Shown piece after piece: positions 62,553 to 64,000 of a stretch of DNA of 64,000 nucleotides. The DNA lies in contig JBEKIW010000002.1 of assembly GCA_050011565.1 (NCBI GenBank), positions 256,001-320,000 of the forward strand. Direction: 5' to 3'. The DNA is from Dehalococcoidia bacterium. Its GTDB lineage: Bacteria; Chloroflexota; Dehalococcoidia; GIF9; UBA5629. Below the pieces are notes generated by a model. It saw only the letters and a program-made list of their open reading frames with translations. It was not told the DNA's origin and did no database searches. The position numbers were made by a program, and so were the translations under genes. Numbering within the stretch: position 1 is the stretch's first letter; every line of letters begins with the position of its first letter.

Positions 62553-63029
62553 CTATGCGGTTTCGGCCTTCTTCTTTCGGGCTGGCTTTTTCGGTTCCTC
62601 TGCCGTTTCTGCTGCTTTGGCTTTGGCTGCCTTTGCCGCGGGCTTTGCTGCCTTCGCCTTAGCTGCTTTTGCTTTCGGCTCTTCTTCTGCCTTAGCCGCC
62701 TTTGCCGGAGGTGCTTCAGCCTTGGCTTTAGCTACCTTCGCTTTGGGTTTGGCAGTGACAACCTCGGCCTTCTTCTTGGCTACCGGTTTCTTGGGCGCTT
62801 CCTTTTCTGCTTTTGGTTTAGCGGCTTTTGCCTTCGGCTTGGGAGCTATCGCTTCCGCCTTCTTCCTGGCCGGTTTCTTCGGTGCCGGCGCCTCGGCGAC
62901 TGCCACTGCGGGTGCTGGTTTAGGTGCCCCAACGGCAGCGCCAGCCAGCGCCATCATTTTTCTTCTCTCTTCCAGCTTCTTGCGCCGTTTGCGATGCTTC
63001 AGCATGGCCATTCTCTTACGTTTGTTCAT
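62553..63029 (-). CDS. Lys/Ala/Pro-rich histone H1-like protein with basic N-terminal helix
   Basis: MNKRKRMAMLKHRKRRKK then PKKPARKK/AKAAKAK repeats. Confidence 0.7.
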   Translation of the reverse strand: MNKRKRMAMLKHRKRRKKLEERRKMMALAGAAVGAPKPAPAVAVAEAPAPKKPARKKAEAIAPKPKAKAAKPKAEKEAPKKPVAKKKAEVVTAKPKAKVAKAKAEAPPAKAAKAEEEPKAKAAKAKAAKPAAKAAKAKAAETAEEPKKPARKKKAETA

Positions 63030-63267
63030 AATTTTTTCACCTGATACTGCGAATTTTACAAAGTTAGCTCGTATTATCCCTTAATTAGCTTGAGATTTCA
63101 AATTCCGAATGTAGTTGCGGGGCTTTAGTCCCGCCCAAATAGAAATCAAAAGCCCCCCAAACCTGTTGACAACGGTGTAGCAATATGACAAAATTTCGGA
63201 AAACCGCCCATAGGATAGCGGTCAATGTTGTTCTTTTTCGTGTTAATACAGCTTAATGAGGTGAGAG

Positions 63268-64000
63268 ATGACTAAACTGAGAGCCTGGAGATATTTCTCG
63301 ATGGTGATGGCGATGGCCTTGATTCTGGGAGCGATTGCTATAGCAATGCCGACAGTGCCCGTTCTGGCAGATGGAGGAACCTGGAGTATTCAGACGGTGG
63401 ATGATATCGATGTAAATTCCACCTCGATAGCTCTGGACAGCCACGGTTATCCCCACATCAGCTACACGACTGGTTTTGCTGATTCACTCCACTATGCCAG
63501 TTGGACGGGCTCAGCCTGGGTCAAGGAGATGGTGGATGATGTCCCAGCTATTGTTACCTCGCTGGCGCTGGATAGCAACGACCTTCCCCATATCGGGTAT
63601 ACCGTCGTCGGCGGCGCTTCCCTCCACTATGCCCGTTGGACAGGCACAGCCTGGATAAAGGAGACCGTGGACCCGGCTGATGTATGGGACTGCTCGCTAG
63701 CGCTGGACAGCCACGACCGTCCCCACATCAGTTATGCGACCATCGGCTCTAACTCCCTCCACTATGCCCGGTGGACGGGAACAGCCTGGGCAATAGAGAC
63801 AGTGGATGATATACATGTTATCTCCACCTCGCTAGCGCTGGACAGCAACGACCGTCCCCACATCAGTTATGCGACCGGCGGCTTGTACTCCCTCCATTAT
63901 GCGCACTGGACAGGCACAGCCTGGGTAAAGGAGATCGTCGACCCGGCAGATGTGATTTCCACCTCGATAGCGCTGGACAGCCACGGTTACCCCCACATCA
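63268..64000 (+). CDS. Secreted repeat protein, probable beta-propeller (runs off window)
   Basis: Manual: GAGGTGA RBS, signal peptide MTKLRAWRYFSMVMAMALILGAIAIAMPTVPVLA, then ~43-aa repeats W..E.VD....TSLALDS...PHISY......LHYA.WTG. Confidence 0.8.
   Translation, partial: MTKLRAWRYFSMVMAMALILGAIAIAMPTVPVLADGGTWSIQTVDDIDVNSTSIALDSHGYPHISYTTGFADSLHYASWTGSAWVKEMVDDVPAIVTSLALDSNDLPHIGYTVVGGASLHYARWTGTAWIKETVDPADVWDCSLALDSHDRPHISYATIGSNSLHYARWTGTAWAIETVDDIHVISTSLALDSNDRPHISYATGGLYSLHYAHWTGTAWVKEIVDPADVISTSIALDSHGYPHI

Noticed and set aside
62617-63084. Ala/Phe-rich hydrophobic ORF
   Set aside because: Reverse complement of the Lys/Ala-rich gene.

Overview
Chromosomal origin region of an anaerobic Chloroflexota bacterium, most likely Dehalococcoidia (inferred from gene order: dnaA-obg-nadD-gyrB(rev), gyrA-TPR-nifU-lysC-apgM-tRNA-Pro-mazG-fmt, str/S10/spc/alpha cluster without tuf, pgi/pmi-pgm-metK-ahcY). 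It holds the start of a hybrid Wood-Ljungdahl cluster (bacterial-type acsE/acsD, archaeal-type cdhA), acetyl-CoA synthetase, oriC, the ribosomal protein supercluster and several archaeal-like enzymes. Top finding, missed by the ORF track: a candidate selenocysteine-sensing transcription attenuator (51686-51936, minus strand). A leader peptide with two in-frame UGA codons, a correctly spaced SECIS-like hairpin, and overlapping antiterminator/terminator structures sits upstream of a YedF/DsrE-like gene. Also notable: a 1.6 kb integrase-less element in tRNA-Pro carrying only a ParA/RHH/centromere partition module, and an unannotated bS22-like ribosomal protein gene between rplW and rplB. All calls come from reading the sequence; no database searches or folding programs were run.
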